A DNA stretch of 64,000 nt. Source: Marsupella aquatica (Eukaryota > Plantae > Marchantiophyta). Position numbers and translations under genes: made by a program. This document shows, in pieces, positions 61,850 to 64,000 of the stretch. Numbering within the stretch: the first letter of the stretch is position 1; each line of letters opens with the position of its first letter. The stretch spans positions 15,933,375 through 15,997,374 of the forward strand of contig OZ316897.1 of the NCBI GenBank assembly GCA_973895155.1, read 5' to 3'. The notes beneath the pieces were generated by a model. The model saw nothing but the letters and a program-made list of their open reading frames with translations. It ran no database searches and had not been told where the DNA came from.

Positions 61850-62319
61850 GTACTGTAATATATAAGAAGACAAGTTCGAGGATTGCGTTTTGTTTGCTCA
61901 GGTAAAACCGATGCACCTTGTTGTCTGCTATCCGGCTCACGAGCTACAGTAGATGGTCCCATGACAAGTGGAGGTTCCGCATTCAAAAGCCATTGTTGGA
62001 GGTGCAGTTTGTGTGTGTCCTGGAGCCCATACTGGAGATGGAAGAGGCGGATCCACAAACTAGGAGAACAGTGGTTGAGTTGAGGAAAGCTTTGAATGAT
62101 GAAGTTTTGCATTTGCAATCTCAGAAAGTAGTGCATTACGTCTGAGAGAAGAGACTCAATAGGAAGATACTTCTGGAGGAAAGAACGATCAGGAATGTCA
62201 ATCGGAGGTGGTGCAAAGCGACAGGAGGAACCTCTTCTGGTCCTCACACTCACGGCCACATCCGTCCATGTTAAAGTAACATTTGTCCTACTTTTCTGTC
62301 CTCGTCTTGTGGGGTCCAT
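61850..62319 (-). pseudogene. Decayed BTB/POZ gene retaining an open frame
   Basis: TNVTLTWTDVAVSVRTRRGSSCRF..PIDIPDRSF..ESLLSDVMHY..LFHLQYGLQDTHKL..WLL. Confidence 0.4.
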
Positions 62320-62519
62320 TTTCCGGTCAAAATGTTTCTATCAAAACTCAAAAATATATATAACAGTGCAAAAGCACAAAAAAACGCTGGGAAACAGGGT
62401 CCCAAAGGCCCCAAAGGGAGAACAACCCAACAAAGGGAAAGGCCTAGATAAGACCAAAGAGGCCCTTTCCATTTATTAAAATACTATATATTGCTCTGGA
62501 CTGTAGAAACTCAAACCAG

Positions 62520-63849
62520 GTGCACCACCACGTTGGACACAGTGCTCCCATGGACCACCAAAATGTTGTCTGCTCCTATGGACCACCATGTTGGACACAG
62601 TGCTCCCATGGACCACCAAAATGTTGTCTGCTCCCATGGATCACCAAAATGTTGTCTGCTCCTATGGACCACCAAAATGTCCTCCATGGTAGTTTTGGAC
62701 TCATAACATTATGAGTACTAAAATAATTTTACCTTTTACACATGCAATGCAACTAGAGAATCTTAGGAGATGAACAAAATACAAGCCCAAAATAATATTT
62801 AGTAGTAAGTAAACACAATGAACATTTTTAGAAGAAGACCCTCAACCAAAATGACCAAAACTTCATTATGACTTTGATGATAGTGTAGCTTACCTACTCC
62901 TCTAGCATATCCCAAAATTAATAAGCATTTGAATTTATGAGTATGAAGTTATTACAACTGAACTCAAATTTTGGGAAATATGGTCCATGAGGGTTTCAAG
63001 ACCAACCTTGTGGACAATGGACAGCTTCAAATTCCATGACTATAGGTTGTTGCCAGCCTATTTTTTTAATTTTTGAGGTTTTCCTTTAATTTTGCCTAAT
63101 GTCAGCCTTGTGTGAGTGAGACAATGCTTATTCCTTATTCCTTATGTGGTTTTCCTACATTATTTTCTGACCCTCAGATCTCTATGGATTTAAGGATGAC
63201 AATAGATTCTGACTAATTAAGTCTATGGTTAGGTGGAAAACAGGTTAATGGAAGGCAGAAAACCTAGCTAATTCTCACCAATAAAAAAGACCATTGTTGC
63301 CCCTGTTTCCTCCTTTATTTTATTTTTCTTATCTTAATCCACTCTTCCTGCAGAAGTGAAATTGAAGCTAGTATAAACCACAATGTTGGACCCAGAGCTC
63401 CCGTTTGGTGGTCCATGGGATTATGGGGCCCATACCTTGATGATTTTGAGAACTGACGTTAGCACCTGCAAGACAACTATTTCACTTTAACACAATGAAA
63501 ATTTTGGGTTTGTGTTTTTTTATGTCTCGTTCTCATACAAACCCAAAAATTCCATTTAAACACAATGAAAACTAATCTAGTGAAACTTACCCCACCACAG
63601 ATTATGATTAAAAACTCAACTAAAATGGCCAAACTGTCTCTTTGATAGACATGTAGCTTACCTACTCTTCTAGCAAAACTATCAAATTTTGGAGTTTATG
63701 AATATTAAGTCATTGTAATTATACTCAAATTTTGGAAAATGTGGTCCATGGGGGTTTCAAAGGCTAGCACTGTGGTCCATGGCTTGGGGGTCTCACTAAA
63801 TGGAGGCCTCCCCATCACCTGCTACATTTTTAGGCCTCAAACCCTCTAG
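62520..63849 (+). mobile_element. Non-autonomous repeat element (Helitron-like candidate) with ~28-bp subrepeats and a ~230-bp internal direct repeat
   Basis: TGCTCC(C/T)ATGGACCACCAAAATGTTGTC repeats at 62520-62690; ~62810-63005 resembles ~63557-63765. The 3' end has GAGGCCT..AGGCCTC then CTAG|T at 63849; the same terminus occurs inverted at 8636-8714. Confidence 0.45.
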
Positions 63850-64000
63850 TGGTGGACCTAGCCACCCAGCGCCCTCACCAATCCCAGCACTTGCGTCTAA
63901 GTGCCCTTGGTGCCTGAACGCCTCCACGGAATACCTCGAGCAAGCATCCAAGTGCCTCTAGCACCACCAGCGGCCACTCCCATACGAAGCCGCACTTGCT

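Noticed and set aside
61747-62319. ABCG transporter N-terminus (TLTWTDV..AEP..MGPS)
   Set aside because: Motif spacing is ~70 aa too long, and there is no Walker A GxGKS or downstream ABC motif; a BTB relic fits the motif order better.

Overview
Eukaryotic, land-plant-type genomic DNA, probably a bryophyte such as a liverwort (inferred from gene content; species not determined). Five long ORFs have uninterrupted coding regions: a multi-pass plant membrane protein (2624-3682), three PADRE/DUF4228 genes (10706-12526; 18912-20183, 3'-truncated; 55977-56549) and a 1082-aa PXA-PX-Nexin_C sorting nexin (26439-29687) that seems to keep one 3'-UTR intron. Mobile DNA includes a tRNA-derived SINE family (two copies with TSDs but different tails), a ~1-kb foldback/MULE-like element with long TIRs, and a dispersed short LINE-tail-like family. 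There are also many tandem duplications and a 7 x ~94-bp array. The main unexpected signal appears when the 'intergenic' DNA is read across stops and frameshifts. About 20 separate segments on both strands show the ordered motifs of a stand-alone BTB/POZ (CUL3-adaptor) protein, some with an N-terminal CxxC plus coiled-coil. This suggests a dense graveyard of decayed BTB genes, roughly one per 3 kb, with no intact copy. These calls are by-eye motif matches with approximate boundaries and need HMM confirmation.
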